Made by a program: the position numbers and the translations under genes | Source of the DNA: Propionibacterium ruminifibrarum | GTDB lineage: Bacteria; Actinomycetota; Actinomycetes; Propionibacteriales; Propionibacteriaceae | Length of the DNA: 32,000 bases | Direction of reading: 5' to 3' | Assembly: GCF_900289195.1 (NCBI RefSeq) | Contig: NZ_OMOH01000012.1 | Span: forward strand, 39,260-71,259 | Shown here: one piece after another, positions 10,019-19,041 of the stretch | Layout of the letters: the number at the start of each line of letters is the position of its first letter | Numbering within the stretch: position 1 is the stretch's first letter | Notes under the pieces: model-generated | Told to the model about the DNA's origin: nothing | Databases searched by the model: none | What the model saw: the letters and a program-made list of their open reading frames with translations, nothing else

Positions 10019-10879
10019 TCACCGGGCCGTTCGCGTCCAGACGCTCACGAGAACGCTCACGGTGATGGTGCCGGGCCCGTTCGGCCCGGCGTGCTCGTGG
10101 AAGGCGTTCGGTCCCATGGCCACCAGGTCGCGCAGCTGATCCAGGGTGCATGCGGCCTCGAACTCGACGAGGCGCCGGCCGGCCAGTTCGAGACCGGCCC
10201 CGCCCATCTGCTCTGCGAGCCGCTCGGTCTTGTCACCGGCCACGTCGAGCAGCCCGAGCATCGCTCGCAGGCCGGCCAGGTGGGCGGTTTGCGGGGTGGC
10301 GACCACGACGCGTCCCGCGGGCGACAGGACGCGGGCGAATTCCTCGGCGTTGCGTGGGGCGAAGACGCACAGCAGCGCGTCGACGCAGCCAGAGCACACC
10401 GGCAGCCCCGCCCAGGTGTCGGCCACGACCGATGCGAGGCCGCGGGCGGCGGCCCGCCGGAGCGCGGGCACCGAGACGTCCATGCCCAGCGCCGTGGCCC
10501 CGGGGTTGGCGGCTGCGGCACCGGCCAGGTACCAGCCGGTGCCGCAGCCGGCCTCGGCGAGGCGTGACGGCGTCCCGCAGGCTTCGACGACCGCGGTGCG
10601 CAGTGGCTCGTAGACGCCCGAGGCGAGGAAGCGGTCGCGGGCGTCGAGCATGCGTGGGGTGTCCGCGTTGCGCGGCTGGCCCGTCCCGGAAAGGTTCACG
10701 TATCCCTGCCGTGCGACGTCGAAGACGTGCCCGTGCGGGCAGTGCAGGGTTCGCCCGGACATGGCCAGTGGCACGTCCCGGGTGCCCCGGCGGGCGCACA
10801 CCGGGCAGGCCAGCAGCGGGCAGGCCCGCCCCAGGGCGTCCAGGCGCTGCGCGATCGGGACGGGGCCCTGCCCGATCAC
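10019..10879 (-). CDS. rlmA: 23S rRNA (guanine-N1)-methyltransferase RlmA/RrmA family
   Basis: The Zn-ribbon CPVC...CPHGH is followed by ARQGYVNL and DARDRFLASGVYEPLR, paralleling E. coli RlmA. The SAM motif is EAGCGTGWY. GTG 10879 forms a GTGA overlap with the upstream SDR stop; an alternative start at 10918 would overlap it by 43 nt. Confidence 0.75.
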   Translation of the reverse strand: MIGQGPVPIAQRLDALGRACPLLACPVCARRGTRDVPLAMSGRTLHCPHGHVFDVARQGYVNLSGTGQPRNADTPRMLDARDRFLASGVYEPLRTAVVEACGTPSRLAEAGCGTGWYLAGAAAANPGATALGMDVSVPALRRAAARGLASVVADTWAGLPVCSGCVDALLCVFAPRNAEEFARVLSPAGRVVVATPQTAHLAGLRAMLGLLDVAGDKTERLAEQMGGAGLELAGRRLVEFEAACTLDQLRDLVAMGPNAFHEHAGPNGPGTITVSVLVSVWTRTAR

Positions 10880-11619
10880 AGCCCGCGGAGCATCCCGCCG
10901 TCGACGGGCAGGAGGCATCCGGTGAGGTAGCTCGCCGCGTCGGAGAGCATGAAGGCGGCCACGGCGCCGAACTCCTCGGGCGTGCCCAGGCGCTCCATCG
11001 GGATGCCGGCGCGTCGGGCGTCCTCGGCGGTCGGTTCATGCCCCAGCAGGTCGACCATGCGCTGCGTCGCGATGTTGCCCGGCAGCAGACCGAAGGTGCG
11101 GCCGCCGTCTCGGGCGATCTCGTCCCCCAGCTGCTTGACGAGCATCGCCAGGCCGGGGCGCAGGCCGTTGCTCGGCGCCATGTCGGCCAGCGGCATCCTG
11201 GCCGAGACCGACAGGACGAAACCGAGGCGGGCGGCCGGGTTCGCGCCCAGCACGGCGCGCGCGGTGCGGAGCGCGGCGAGGAAGACGGAGTCGAAGGCGC
11301 CGAGCCACTGCTCGTCTGTGGTGCCGGTGACGGTGCCCTTCGGTGGGCCGCCCACCGAGACCATCGCGCCATCGAGGCGTCCCCACGTGGCCAGCGCCAG
11401 GTCGACGGCCTCTGGCGCCGTGCCGGGCAGTGACAGGTCCGCCGCCAGGGCCGTGGCGTTGTCGCCGAGCTCGGCGACGGCGGCGTCGAGGGCCTCCCGG
11501 CGGCGGGCCACGAGCACTGCGCGGGCCCCCTCGGCGACCAGCGCCCGGGCACTTGCCAGTCCCAGACCACTGCCGGCGGCCGTGACGATGAACACCCTGT
11601 CGTGCAATCCGAGATCCAT
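10876..11619 (-). CDS. Short-chain dehydrogenase/reductase-fold protein, atypical (no catalytic Tyr)
   Basis: This is the 3' part of the spurious 781-aa ORF. From ATG 11619 it reads MDLGLHDRVFIVTAAGSGLGLA (TGxxxGxG-like), with C-terminal ASYLTGCLLPVDGG. The only Tyr in the protein is in ASYLTG. Confidence 0.75.
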   Translation of the reverse strand: MDLGLHDRVFIVTAAGSGLGLASARALVAEGARAVLVARRREALDAAVAELGDNATALAADLSLPGTAPEAVDLALATWGRLDGAMVSVGGPPKGTVTGTTDEQWLGAFDSVFLAALRTARAVLGANPAARLGFVLSVSARMPLADMAPSNGLRPGLAMLVKQLGDEIARDGGRTFGLLPGNIATQRMVDLLGHEPTAEDARRAGIPMERLGTPEEFGAVAAFMLSDAASYLTGCLLPVDGGMLRGL

Positions 11620-11685
11620 GTCCTCATCCTGCCGCACTGTGTGCATCGCCACACGCAGGGGCACGAGAACCGGTAGCGTGGCCGG

Positions 11686-12405
11686 GTGAGCAATGAGCAG
11701 AACGGGCGCGTAGCCCTCGTCACCGGAACAAGCCGCGGTATCGGCGCGGCCATCGCCGCCCATCTCCTCGAGGCGGGCTACCGCGTCGCGGGGACCAGCC
11801 GCACGGGCACCGCCCCAGAGGGCGTGCTGGGCATCGCCTGCGACATCACCGACCCGGAGCAGGTCGACGCCGCCTACCAGCGGATCGAGGCCGAACTCGG
11901 CCCCGTCGAGGTCCTCGTCGCCAACGCCGGGGTCACCCGCGACGGCCTCATGGCCATGATGAAGGACGAGGCCTGGCAGGAGGTCATCGACACGAACCTG
12001 TCGGGCACCTTCCGCACCGTGCGCCGCGCCGTGCGTCCCATGACGCGCGCCCGCTTCGGCCGCATCGTGCTCATCAGCTCGGTGTCCGCCTACGTCGGCA
12101 CGCCGGGCCAGGTGAACTATGCGGCCAGCAAGGCGGGGCTCATCGGCATGGCCCGCTCGGTCGCCGGCGAGCTCGGCAGCCGCAACATCACCTGCAACGT
12201 CGTGGCGCCCGGTTTCGTCCGCACCGACATGACCGAGGAGCTGTCCGACGACGTCAAGGCCGACTACCTCAAACGCATCCCGCTGCGTCGTGCCGCCGAG
12301 GTCGACGACATCGCCGCCGCGGTGCGTTTCCTGTGCTCCGACGAGGCCGGCTACATCACCGGCGTCGTGCTGCCCGTCGACGGCGGCATCGGCATGGGGC
12401 GCTAA
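11686..12405 (+). CDS. fabG: 3-oxoacyl-[ACP] reductase FabG (MabA/FabG1-like)
   Basis: Contains VTGTSRGIGAAIA, NAGVTRD, YAASKAGLIGMARS (YxxxK) and GYITGVVLPVDGGIGMG. It has a GTG start and lies directly upstream of an InhA-type enoyl reductase. Confidence 0.9.
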   Translation: MSNEQNGRVALVTGTSRGIGAAIAAHLLEAGYRVAGTSRTGTAPEGVLGIACDITDPEQVDAAYQRIEAELGPVEVLVANAGVTRDGLMAMMKDEAWQEVIDTNLSGTFRTVRRAVRPMTRARFGRIVLISSVSAYVGTPGQVNYAASKAGLIGMARSVAGELGSRNITCNVVAPGFVRTDMTEELSDDVKADYLKRIPLRRAAEVDDIAAAVRFLCSDEAGYITGVVLPVDGGIGMGR

Positions 12406-12435
12406 CCTTCGACGGGAACGAAAGGACAAGGACAC

Positions 12436-13209
12436 ATGGGCATTCTCGAGGGCAAGAAGATCCTCATCACGGGCATCACGATGGACACCTCCATCGCCTA
12501 CAAGGCGGCCGAGGTCGCCCAGCGCGAGGGCGCCGACATCATCGTCACCGGTTTCGGCCGGGCGCTCAGCCTGTGCAGGCGCGTCTGCGCCAAGCTCGAC
12601 CCGGCGCCGCCGGTCATCGAGCTGGACGCCACCAGCGCCGAGAGCCTGGCGGCACTGCCCGGCACGCTGGCCGAGAACGGCTTCGACCACGTCGACGGCG
12701 TGCTGCACTCCATCGCCTTCGCCAACCCCGAGACGGCGCTGGGCGGCAACTTCCTGTCCACCGGGTGGGACGACGTGGCCACCGCACTGCACACCTCGAC
12801 CTACTCCTACCCGGCCCTCGCCGTGGCGCTGAAGGACATGATGGGCCCCGGCTCCTCGGTCGTCGGCCTCACCTTCGACGCCACGATCAGCTGGCCGTCC
12901 TACGACTGGATGGGCGTCGCCAAGGCCGGCCTGGAGTCCGCGAACCGCTACCTGGCCCGCTACCTCGGCCCGGACGGCATCCGCGCCAATCTGGTCTCGG
13001 CCGGGCCGATCGACTCGCTGGCGAAGAAGGCCATCCCCGGCTCGGCCTCGCTCAACGACGTCTGGGACGAACGCGCCCCCCTCGGCTGGGACGCCAAGGA
13101 CGCCACCCCGGTGGGCACCGTGATCTGCGCCCTGTTCAGTGACCTGTTCGCCGCGACCACCGGCGAGATCATCCACGTCGACGGCGGTCTGTTCTCGACC
13201 GGCGCCTGA
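12436..13209 (+). CDS. fabI: NADH-dependent enoyl-[ACP] reductase FabI (InhA-like)
   Basis: Contains MGILEGKKILITGI...SIAY, HSIAFA, YDWMGVAKAGLES and GEIIHVDGG, which are typical InhA/FabI motifs. Confidence 0.9.
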   Translation: MGILEGKKILITGITMDTSIAYKAAEVAQREGADIIVTGFGRALSLCRRVCAKLDPAPPVIELDATSAESLAALPGTLAENGFDHVDGVLHSIAFANPETALGGNFLSTGWDDVATALHTSTYSYPALAVALKDMMGPGSSVVGLTFDATISWPSYDWMGVAKAGLESANRYLARYLGPDGIRANLVSAGPIDSLAKKAIPGSASLNDVWDERAPLGWDAKDATPVGTVICALFSDLFAATTGEIIHVDGGLFSTGA

Positions 13210-13226
13210 TCCCTGGAACACTGCGA

Positions 13227-13260
13227 CGAAGGGCCCGGTCCCTCGGGGCGGGGCCCTTCG
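13227..13260 (+). terminator. Hairpin downstream of fabI (probable intrinsic terminator, no U-tract)
   Basis: A perfect 10-bp inverted repeat, CGAAGGGCCC (13227-13236) and GGGCCCTTCG (13251-13260), flanks a 14-nt loop, starting 18 nt after the fabI stop. Confidence 0.55.
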
Positions 13261-13540
13261 CCATGTTCACGTCCGGGCCCGGCAGCGGCAGGCGCCCTCC
13301 CATCCTCTCGTTCCGGCACGGTGTGGGACCGGTACAGCGCCACATGGGTCCGGCCGGAGGACCGGTCACGGGTCTGCGGGCGCCTCGTCGGGTTCCTCGG
13401 AGCGGCCGCGGCCTGCTCACCGGCCCGCCGCACGGGCGGGACGGGGTGTCCGGTCAACGCTGAAGGATTGCGGGACGGGCGGCCGCTTCTGGCCGGGGGA
13501 TACCCAGAGGAGGGGCGTGGCATAGGGGCCGACGTGCCGG

Positions 13541-14377
13541 TCAGGCGCGGGCCGGGCTCATGTCGGGCCAGCTCGCGGCGGCGCTGATGGCCTCGCAGCA
13601 CAGGGCGTCGAGGCGGCGCAGGTGCGTGAAGCGGATCTGCTGGGCGTGCGAGTGCAGCAGCGCGTCACCGGCGTCCAGCCCGGCCGCGCAGGCCTCGCGC
13701 CAGAGCATCGCCTTGTCGAGCAGCTGCTGGTTGCGGGCCGGGTAGGCCTGCCCGAGGACGACCGACGCCGCGTCCGCCGGCCTGCTGCCGGCCACCACGT
13801 CGAGCGAGGCCAGTTCGCGAGCCGACTCGAGGATCTGCTCGTTGAGTGCCGTCGCCGCCTCACTCGGAGTGGGAGGGGGCAGGGGGCGCTCGGCGCGGGC
13901 CAGCTGCCACTGCATCGCCGGGCCGACCGGGTGGGGGAACCAGACCGCCCCGCCGTCGTGACGGATGACCGCGGCCCCGCAGGCCAGGGCCTGCTCGTTC
14001 ACCGCGGCCGGCCCGCGCAGGCCCCCGAGATCTCCCGGCCGGGCCAGCACCAGCATCCACAGCGCGCCCCGCATCCGGTCTGAGATCCTGGCCAGGGCAA
14101 GCCGCACCGGAACGGCGCCGTCGGTGTCCAGGCCCAGTACGGATTCCGGATCGGCGACGTGGTGGGGACGGTCCGGCTCACCGGCCTCGGTCATGCGCAG
14201 CACATGCTCGGCCTGCGGCGCATCGAGAGCGCCGACGCCCATGGCGTTGAGCAGGCTCACGAGCCGCAGGCACTCGATGACGGAGTCGGACACGGCGACA
14301 AGGTTAACGGCGGTCCCGGCCACGGCTAAGTGGTTGCGTTGCAGGCGAACGCGGGAATCCCCGGCCGATCCGGGCAA
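13541..14377 (-). CDS. Conserved hypothetical protein (about 278 aa), no recognisable motif
   Basis: A long ORF with strong GC3 bias in this frame (e.g. ...GCC CTG TGC TGC GAG GCC ATC AGC...). It occupies the position downstream of fabI. The start is uncertain, with internal GTG/ATG alternatives. Confidence 0.5.
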   Translation of the reverse strand: MPGSAGDSRVRLQRNHLAVAGTAVNLVAVSDSVIECLRLVSLLNAMGVGALDAPQAEHVLRMTEAGEPDRPHHVADPESVLGLDTDGAVPVRLALARISDRMRGALWMLVLARPGDLGGLRGPAAVNEQALACGAAVIRHDGGAVWFPHPVGPAMQWQLARAERPLPPPTPSEAATALNEQILESARELASLDVVAGSRPADAASVVLGQAYPARNQQLLDKAMLWREACAAGLDAGDALLHSHAQQIRFTHLRRLDALCCEAISAAASWPDMSPARA

Positions 14378-14409
14378 CGCGGCGCCGGGCGGGATTGTAA
14401 GGTCTAACC

Positions 14410-15204
14410 ATGGTTTCGGTGGCAGAGCTTGCAGGGGTCAGCGTTCGGCGTGGTGAGAAGCTTCTGCTCGACGACGTGAACCTGAGCATCGACGAGGGCC
14501 AGCGCTGGGTCGTGATCGGGCCGAACGGAGCGGGCAAGACCACGCTGCTGTCGATCCTGGCGACCACCCTGTACCCCACCAAGGGCGTCGTCGGAATCCT
14601 CGGGGAGGTGCTCGGAGCGGTCAACGTCTTCGAACTGCGGCCCCGCATCGGCCTGACGAGCGCCTCGATGGCCCACCGCATCCCCTACCGCGAGAAGGTG
14701 GGCGACGTCGTCGTCTCGGCCAGCTACGCCATCAACGGGCGCTGGCACGAGCACTACGACGAGATGGACTTCGAACGGGCCGGCCGGCTCATGGACTACT
14801 TCGGGGTGGCCCATCTCGCCGACCGCACCTATGGCACGCTGAGCGAGGGCGAGCGCAAACGCGTCGAGATCGCCCGCGCCATGATGACCGACCCGGAGCT
14901 GCTGCTGCTCGACGAGCCGGGCGCCGGCCTCGACCTCGGCGGGCGCGAACGTCTGGTGTCCACGCTCAACCAGCTGTGCGCCAGCCCCTACGCCCCGACG
15001 ACCGTCCTCGTCACCCACCATGTCGAGGAGATCCCGGCCGGCATCACCCACGCCCTGCTGCTGTCCGACGGCCGGGCCGCGGCATCCGGCCCGGTCGGCG
15101 AGGTACTCACCGACGAGAACATGTCCGCCGTCTACGGCATGCCGCTGCACATCGAGCAGGCCGCCGACGGGCGCTGGACCGCCAAGGCCGCCGTCACCGG
15201 CTGA
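14410..15204 (+). CDS. ABC transporter ATP-binding protein, stand-alone (ModF/YlmA-like single ABC domain)
   Basis: Has Walker A GPNGAGKTT, the signature LSEGERKR and Walker B LLLLDEPGAGLD. No permease gene is adjacent. Confidence 0.8.
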   Translation: MVSVAELAGVSVRRGEKLLLDDVNLSIDEGQRWVVIGPNGAGKTTLLSILATTLYPTKGVVGILGEVLGAVNVFELRPRIGLTSASMAHRIPYREKVGDVVVSASYAINGRWHEHYDEMDFERAGRLMDYFGVAHLADRTYGTLSEGERKRVEIARAMMTDPELLLLDEPGAGLDLGGRERLVSTLNQLCASPYAPTTVLVTHHVEEIPAGITHALLLSDGRAAASGPVGEVLTDENMSAVYGMPLHIEQAADGRWTAKAAVTG

Positions 15205-15309
15205 GGCAAGGGCCACGATCCAAGGCGGCGCGGCCCCTGCGTTGTGCACAGCCTGCGGTTTCTGTGTGTCTTTCCACGACGAACGCAGGGCGAAGTCGTG
15301 CAGGCAGGG

Positions 15310-16356
15310 TCAGGTCGAGGGTTTCTCGGTGACGCTCAGCCGCCCGGCCCGCTCGTGCCAGGCGGGGGACTTGGTGCGGTAGCGCCCGGCGATGACGCCG
15401 CAGGCGATCAACTGCGCCATGTGGAAGATCATCAGCGGCAGGACGAGCAGCGGCACCTGGGCGGCGCTGAACAGCACCGAGGCCATCGGGGCGCCGGTCG
15501 CCAGCGACTTCTTCGTGCCGCAGAACTGGATGGCGATCTGGTCGCGGCGCCCGAAACCGAGCCGGCCGGGCAGCCACCACGTGATGGTCAGCATGACCGC
15601 GAGCACGACGAGCAGCACCGGCAGCAGCCGGACGATGTCGAACGCGCCGACCGTGTGCCAGACGCCCTCGTTGATGCCGTCGCTGAAGGCGCTGTAGACG
15701 ACGCAGACGATGCTGAACTGGTCGACGAGCTTCAGTCGCGGGTGCGATGTGACGAAACCGGCCGTCCAGCGCCGGGTGAGCTGGCCCAGCACGAACGGCA
15801 GCAGCAGCTGCACGCACAGGTCGAGGATCGAGCTGGGTTCGATGACCAGCCCCCCGGTGCTCATGACGACCATGGCCAGCAGCGGCGTGAAGAAGACGCC
15901 CAGGATGTTCGACAGCGAGGCCGAGACGATCGCCCCGGCCACGTTGCCGCCGGCGATCGAGGTGAAGTTGATGGAGCTCTGCACCGTGGACGGCAGGATC
16001 GACAGCCACAGCACACCCAGGTACAGCTCGGGGCTCAGGTAGTGCCCCGACAGCGGGCGCAGGGCGAGCGCGATGAGCGGGAAGACGACGTAGGTGAAGA
16101 CCAGGATCGTCACGTGCAGGCGCCAGTGGGTCAGGCCGGCCAATGCCTCCCGGGGGGCCAGCCGCACGCCGTACAGGTAGAACAGGATGAAGATCAGCAC
16201 CTTGACGGCCCAGTCAAGCACGTGATTCGCCTCACCGGTCGCCGGCAACAGGGTGGCGACGACGGCGGAGACGACGATGGCCGTCACGAACCAGTCGACG
16301 CGGATCCGCCGGTACCAGGGCCTGTGCTCGTGCGGTGGGGTCTGCGACGTAGTCAC
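15310..16356 (-). CDS. Bile acid:Na+ symporter (BASS/YfeH-like) family membrane transporter
   Basis: A polytopic hydrophobic protein of 348 aa. WFVTAIVVSAVVATLLP...FILFYLYGVRL...LSILPSTVQSSINFTSIAGGNV...FCGTKKSLATG is a typical YfeH/BASS pattern. Confidence 0.75.
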   Translation of the reverse strand: MTTSQTPPHEHRPWYRRIRVDWFVTAIVVSAVVATLLPATGEANHVLDWAVKVLIFILFYLYGVRLAPREALAGLTHWRLHVTILVFTYVVFPLIALALRPLSGHYLSPELYLGVLWLSILPSTVQSSINFTSIAGGNVAGAIVSASLSNILGVFFTPLLAMVVMSTGGLVIEPSSILDLCVQLLLPFVLGQLTRRWTAGFVTSHPRLKLVDQFSIVCVVYSAFSDGINEGVWHTVGAFDIVRLLPVLLVVLAVMLTITWWLPGRLGFGRRDQIAIQFCGTKKSLATGAPMASVLFSAAQVPLLVLPLMIFHMAQLIACGVIAGRYRTKSPAWHERAGRLSVTEKPST

Positions 16357-16394
16357 GCGGTCAGTCTAGGATCGAGCGGGCCGGGTGACAGCCG

Positions 16395-17243
16395 GTGCCC
16401 ACCGCCGGCAGCAACTACTCTTGCGCCGTGGCAACCCTCATCCCGGTCACCGACCCCGAAGACGAGCGCCTGGGCGACTACGTGCGGCTGCGCGACGTCT
16501 CACTGCGCCGATCGCTCGAGGCCGCCCACGGCCTGTTCATCGCCGAGGGCGAGAAGGTCATCCGGCGGGCCTGCGAGGCTGGTTACGAGCCGCGCTCCTT
16601 CCTGCTGGCCGAACGCTGGATCGCCGGGCTGAGCGAGGTCCTCGACCGGTTCGACGTGCCCGTCTACGTGGTCGACGAGGCGCTTGCCGAACAGGTCACC
16701 GGCTTTCACGTGCACCGCGGTGCCCTCGCCTCGATGAAACGCACCACCCGGTGGACCATGAGCGACCTGCTGGGGGCCCGGCGGCTCGTCGTGGCCGAGG
16801 ACATCGTCGACCACACGAACGTCGGCGCGATCATCCGGTGCGCCGCCGCTCTCGGCTGGGACGGCGTGCTGCTCGCCCCGCGGGCCGCCGACCCGCTCTA
16901 CCGCAGGGCCATCAAGACGAGCATGGGTGCGGTCTTCTTCCTGCCCTGGGCGCGCATGGACGACTGGGCAGGGGGCCTCGACGTGCTCAAGCGGGCCGGC
17001 TTCACCGTGGCGGCGATGGCCCTGCGCGACGACGCCGTGACGCTCGACTCGTTCGCCGCAGAACTGGCCGGCGAGTCCCGCAAGGTGGCCCTCCTCATGG
17101 GCACCGAGGGCAGCGGGCTCAGCTCGCGGTGGCTGCGCCAGGCCGACGTCGCCGTGCGGATCCCGATGGCCCGCGGCATCGACTCCCTCAACGTGGCCGC
17201 TGCGGCCGCGGTCGCCTGCTACACGCTGCGACCCGGGGAATGA
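16395..17243 (+). CDS. TrmH/SpoU-family RNA 2'-O-methyltransferase
   Basis: Contains HTNVGAIIRCAAALG, LLMGTEGSGLS and IPMARGIDSLNVAAAAAVACY, the three SpoU motifs. The start is GTG 16395 or GTG 16428 (VATLIPVTDPEDERL). Confidence 0.85.
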   Translation: MPTAGSNYSCAVATLIPVTDPEDERLGDYVRLRDVSLRRSLEAAHGLFIAEGEKVIRRACEAGYEPRSFLLAERWIAGLSEVLDRFDVPVYVVDEALAEQVTGFHVHRGALASMKRTTRWTMSDLLGARRLVVAEDIVDHTNVGAIIRCAAALGWDGVLLAPRAADPLYRRAIKTSMGAVFFLPWARMDDWAGGLDVLKRAGFTVAAMALRDDAVTLDSFAAELAGESRKVALLMGTEGSGLSSRWLRQADVAVRIPMARGIDSLNVAAAAAVACYTLRPGE

Positions 17244-17347
17244 GCCGATCACTGCCGCCCTCACCGCCCGTCGTCAGTCCCCGTACGGGGGAGAGAGGGC
17301 TGTGCCACTGTGGCCCGAACGGTGACGGCGAATGGGACAACTCGCTC

Positions 17348-18139
17348 TCAATCGGCGGTTCGGCTTCCGGGACCGCCTCTGGCATCCTGCCCGGTGACCG
17401 GCCGCTCCGAGACCAGCGTCCCGATCTGCTCGGTGAGCTCGGCGACCTGCCGCTGCAGATTGGTCACCTGCGCCCGGGTGGCCGCCTCCTCCTCGGCGCT
17501 CTCCACGGCCATCGTGCTGACGATCCACGACGCGAGGGTCGCGGTGATGACGCCGATGAGCGTGATGCCGCCGATCATGAGCAGCGCCGCGACCGTGCGC
17601 CCGATCGCGGTGACGGGGGCCAGATCGCCGTAGCCGACGGTCGTGATGGTCACGAGCGCCCACCACAACGCGTCGGGGAAGGTCGTGATCGAGGTGCCGG
17701 GGGTGTTCCGCTCGGCCTCCAGGACGGCCAGCGAGGCCACGAAGGTGATGAGTGCCGCCCCGCCGGCCGCGTAGATCATGATGCGGCCCCGCAGGGCGAG
17801 ACCCGCGTTGCGCTGCAGCACCCTCACGAGCGCCACGACGCGCAGCAGGCGCAGTGGTCTCAGCAGGGGGAGCGCGACGGCCGCGAGGTCGAACAGGTGC
17901 TGTAGGAACCAGCGCCCCCGCGCCGGTGCGAGGGCGAGGCGGACGAGGTAGTCGACGATGAAGACCACCCAGACGGCGTTCATCACGACCTCGGTGACCG
18001 TGCGCGCCGTGCTCCGCAGATCGGCGATGACCTGCCATGCGTAGGCGGCGAGGAAGACCAGGGCGGCGACGATCAGCGGCCACTCGGTGACCCGCTCCCA
18101 GGTGAGCAGCCGGTCAGCGCGGACATCACTCCTTGCCAT
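17348..18139 (-). CDS. Potassium channel family protein (ion transport domain with TVGYGD filter)
   Basis: The selectivity filter is TTVGYGD. There are multiple TM helices, an S4-like RLLRVVALVRVLQR segment, and a C-terminal coiled tail. ATG 18139 is chosen inside ORF 17348..18169. Confidence 0.85.
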   Translation of the reverse strand: MARSDVRADRLLTWERVTEWPLIVAALVFLAAYAWQVIADLRSTARTVTEVVMNAVWVVFIVDYLVRLALAPARGRWFLQHLFDLAAVALPLLRPLRLLRVVALVRVLQRNAGLALRGRIMIYAAGGAALITFVASLAVLEAERNTPGTSITTFPDALWWALVTITTVGYGDLAPVTAIGRTVAALLMIGGITLIGVITATLASWIVSTMAVESAEEEAATRAQVTNLQRQVAELTEQIGTLVSERPVTGQDARGGPGSRTAD

Positions 18140-18268
18140 GACTGGATCATAAGTGTCCGGGGGCGGCACTGTCGCCGGTAGCGCTCATCCAGATCAGGCG
18201 ACTCGCCGTGACGGGGATCGGTGATCAGCCCGGTGGCCCGGTGTGCCGCAAGGCCTCGTGGAGGCGCC

Positions 18269-18327
18269 GACGGTGGCCGGCCGATGACTGGCCCGGCCGG
18301 CCACCGTCAGAAGGGGAGGCCCTCCCC
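18269..18327 (-). terminator. Two tandem GC-rich hairpins downstream of the lipoprotein gene
   Basis: GACGGTGGCCGGCC (18269-18282) and GGCCGGCCACCGTC (18295-18308) form a perfect 14-bp stem. GGGGAG/CTCCCC (18313-18327) forms a second stem. They lie 80-140 nt after the stop of the minus-strand gene ending at 18409. Confidence 0.45.
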
Positions 18328-18408
18328 GTGCGGAAACAACTGAAGAGAGGAGGTGAAGGAATCACGGGGAGGGCCGGTACTGGGTGCGGGCGTCAGCCCG
18401 CCGCTGTG

Positions 18409-18945
18409 TCAGCTGTGGAAGATGACGTTCTTGTAGGTGAAGTCCGGGGCCACCTCCAAGACCAGGTCGGCCGGGTCGTTGACGCCGAAGGCGATCTGGA
18501 ACTGCACCTCACGGCCCGGCAGGAGCGAGGTGGACGGGCTGTCGCCGAGCTGCCCGGAGTCGTACACCTGGCTGGCCTCCTGGTTCCCTGACTGGAGCGT
18601 CGCGTAGAACAGGCTCGGGTCCCAGTTCTCGCTCGTGCCGTTGACGATGCGCACGGTGAACACGACGAAATCGCTGTAGCCATCGGAGCCGATCGCGTAC
18701 TCGCCGGGGGTGAAGGGCTCGGGTGCGCTCACCTCGATCGCCAGTCCGTCGTCCCAGGTGTATGCGGTGCCGAAGGTGGCGTCGGTGCCCTGCGTCGTGC
18801 CAGAGGAGTCCTGGGCGGGTTCGCTCGCCGATCCCGCGTTGACTCCGGCCGGTGCGCTGTCCGAGTGGCTGGCCTGCACTGTGCTGCACGCCGTCATGGT
18901 CAACGCGGCGAGACAGAGGCCGAGCCCTGCGATCTTCTTCATCAT
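18409..18945 (-). CDS. Secreted lipoprotein (DUF4352-like beta-sandwich suspected)
   Basis: The signal peptide and lipobox MMKKIAGLGLCLAALTMTAC are followed by a Ser/Ala/Gly-rich linker and a beta-rich domain. Confidence 0.7.
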   Translation of the reverse strand: MMKKIAGLGLCLAALTMTACSTVQASHSDSAPAGVNAGSASEPAQDSSGTTQGTDATFGTAYTWDDGLAIEVSAPEPFTPGEYAIGSDGYSDFVVFTVRIVNGTSENWDPSLFYATLQSGNQEASQVYDSGQLGDSPSTSLLPGREVQFQIAFGVNDPADLVLEVAPDFTYKNVIFHS

Positions 18946-19041
18946 GGTGACTCCTTGATCGGAACAGATGTGGTGCCGGTCATGAGCTCACCGGCGGTGT
19001 GACTCAACTGTCGACCAGACCGTTGACAGCCACAACATGAG

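Noticed and set aside
10876-13221. 781-aa minus-strand ORF, the longest in this part of the window
   Set aside because: Only its 3' third (10876-11619) has SDR motifs. The rest is antisense to the well-supported fabG and fabI genes and is Gly/Arg/Ala/Asp-rich, typical of high-GC shadow frames.
15235-15290. 9-bp inverted repeat CCCTGCGTT / AACGCAGGG between convergent ABC ATPase and BASS genes
   Set aside because: The 38-nt loop makes a stable terminator hairpin doubtful, so it was left unannotated.
15244-17905. Long plus-strand ORFs 15244..16632 (462 aa) and 16385..17905 (506 aa)
   Set aside because: They are antisense to the BASS transporter and the K+ channel, and out of frame with the TrmH gene. 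Their composition is dominated by Arg/Gly/Pro/Asp.
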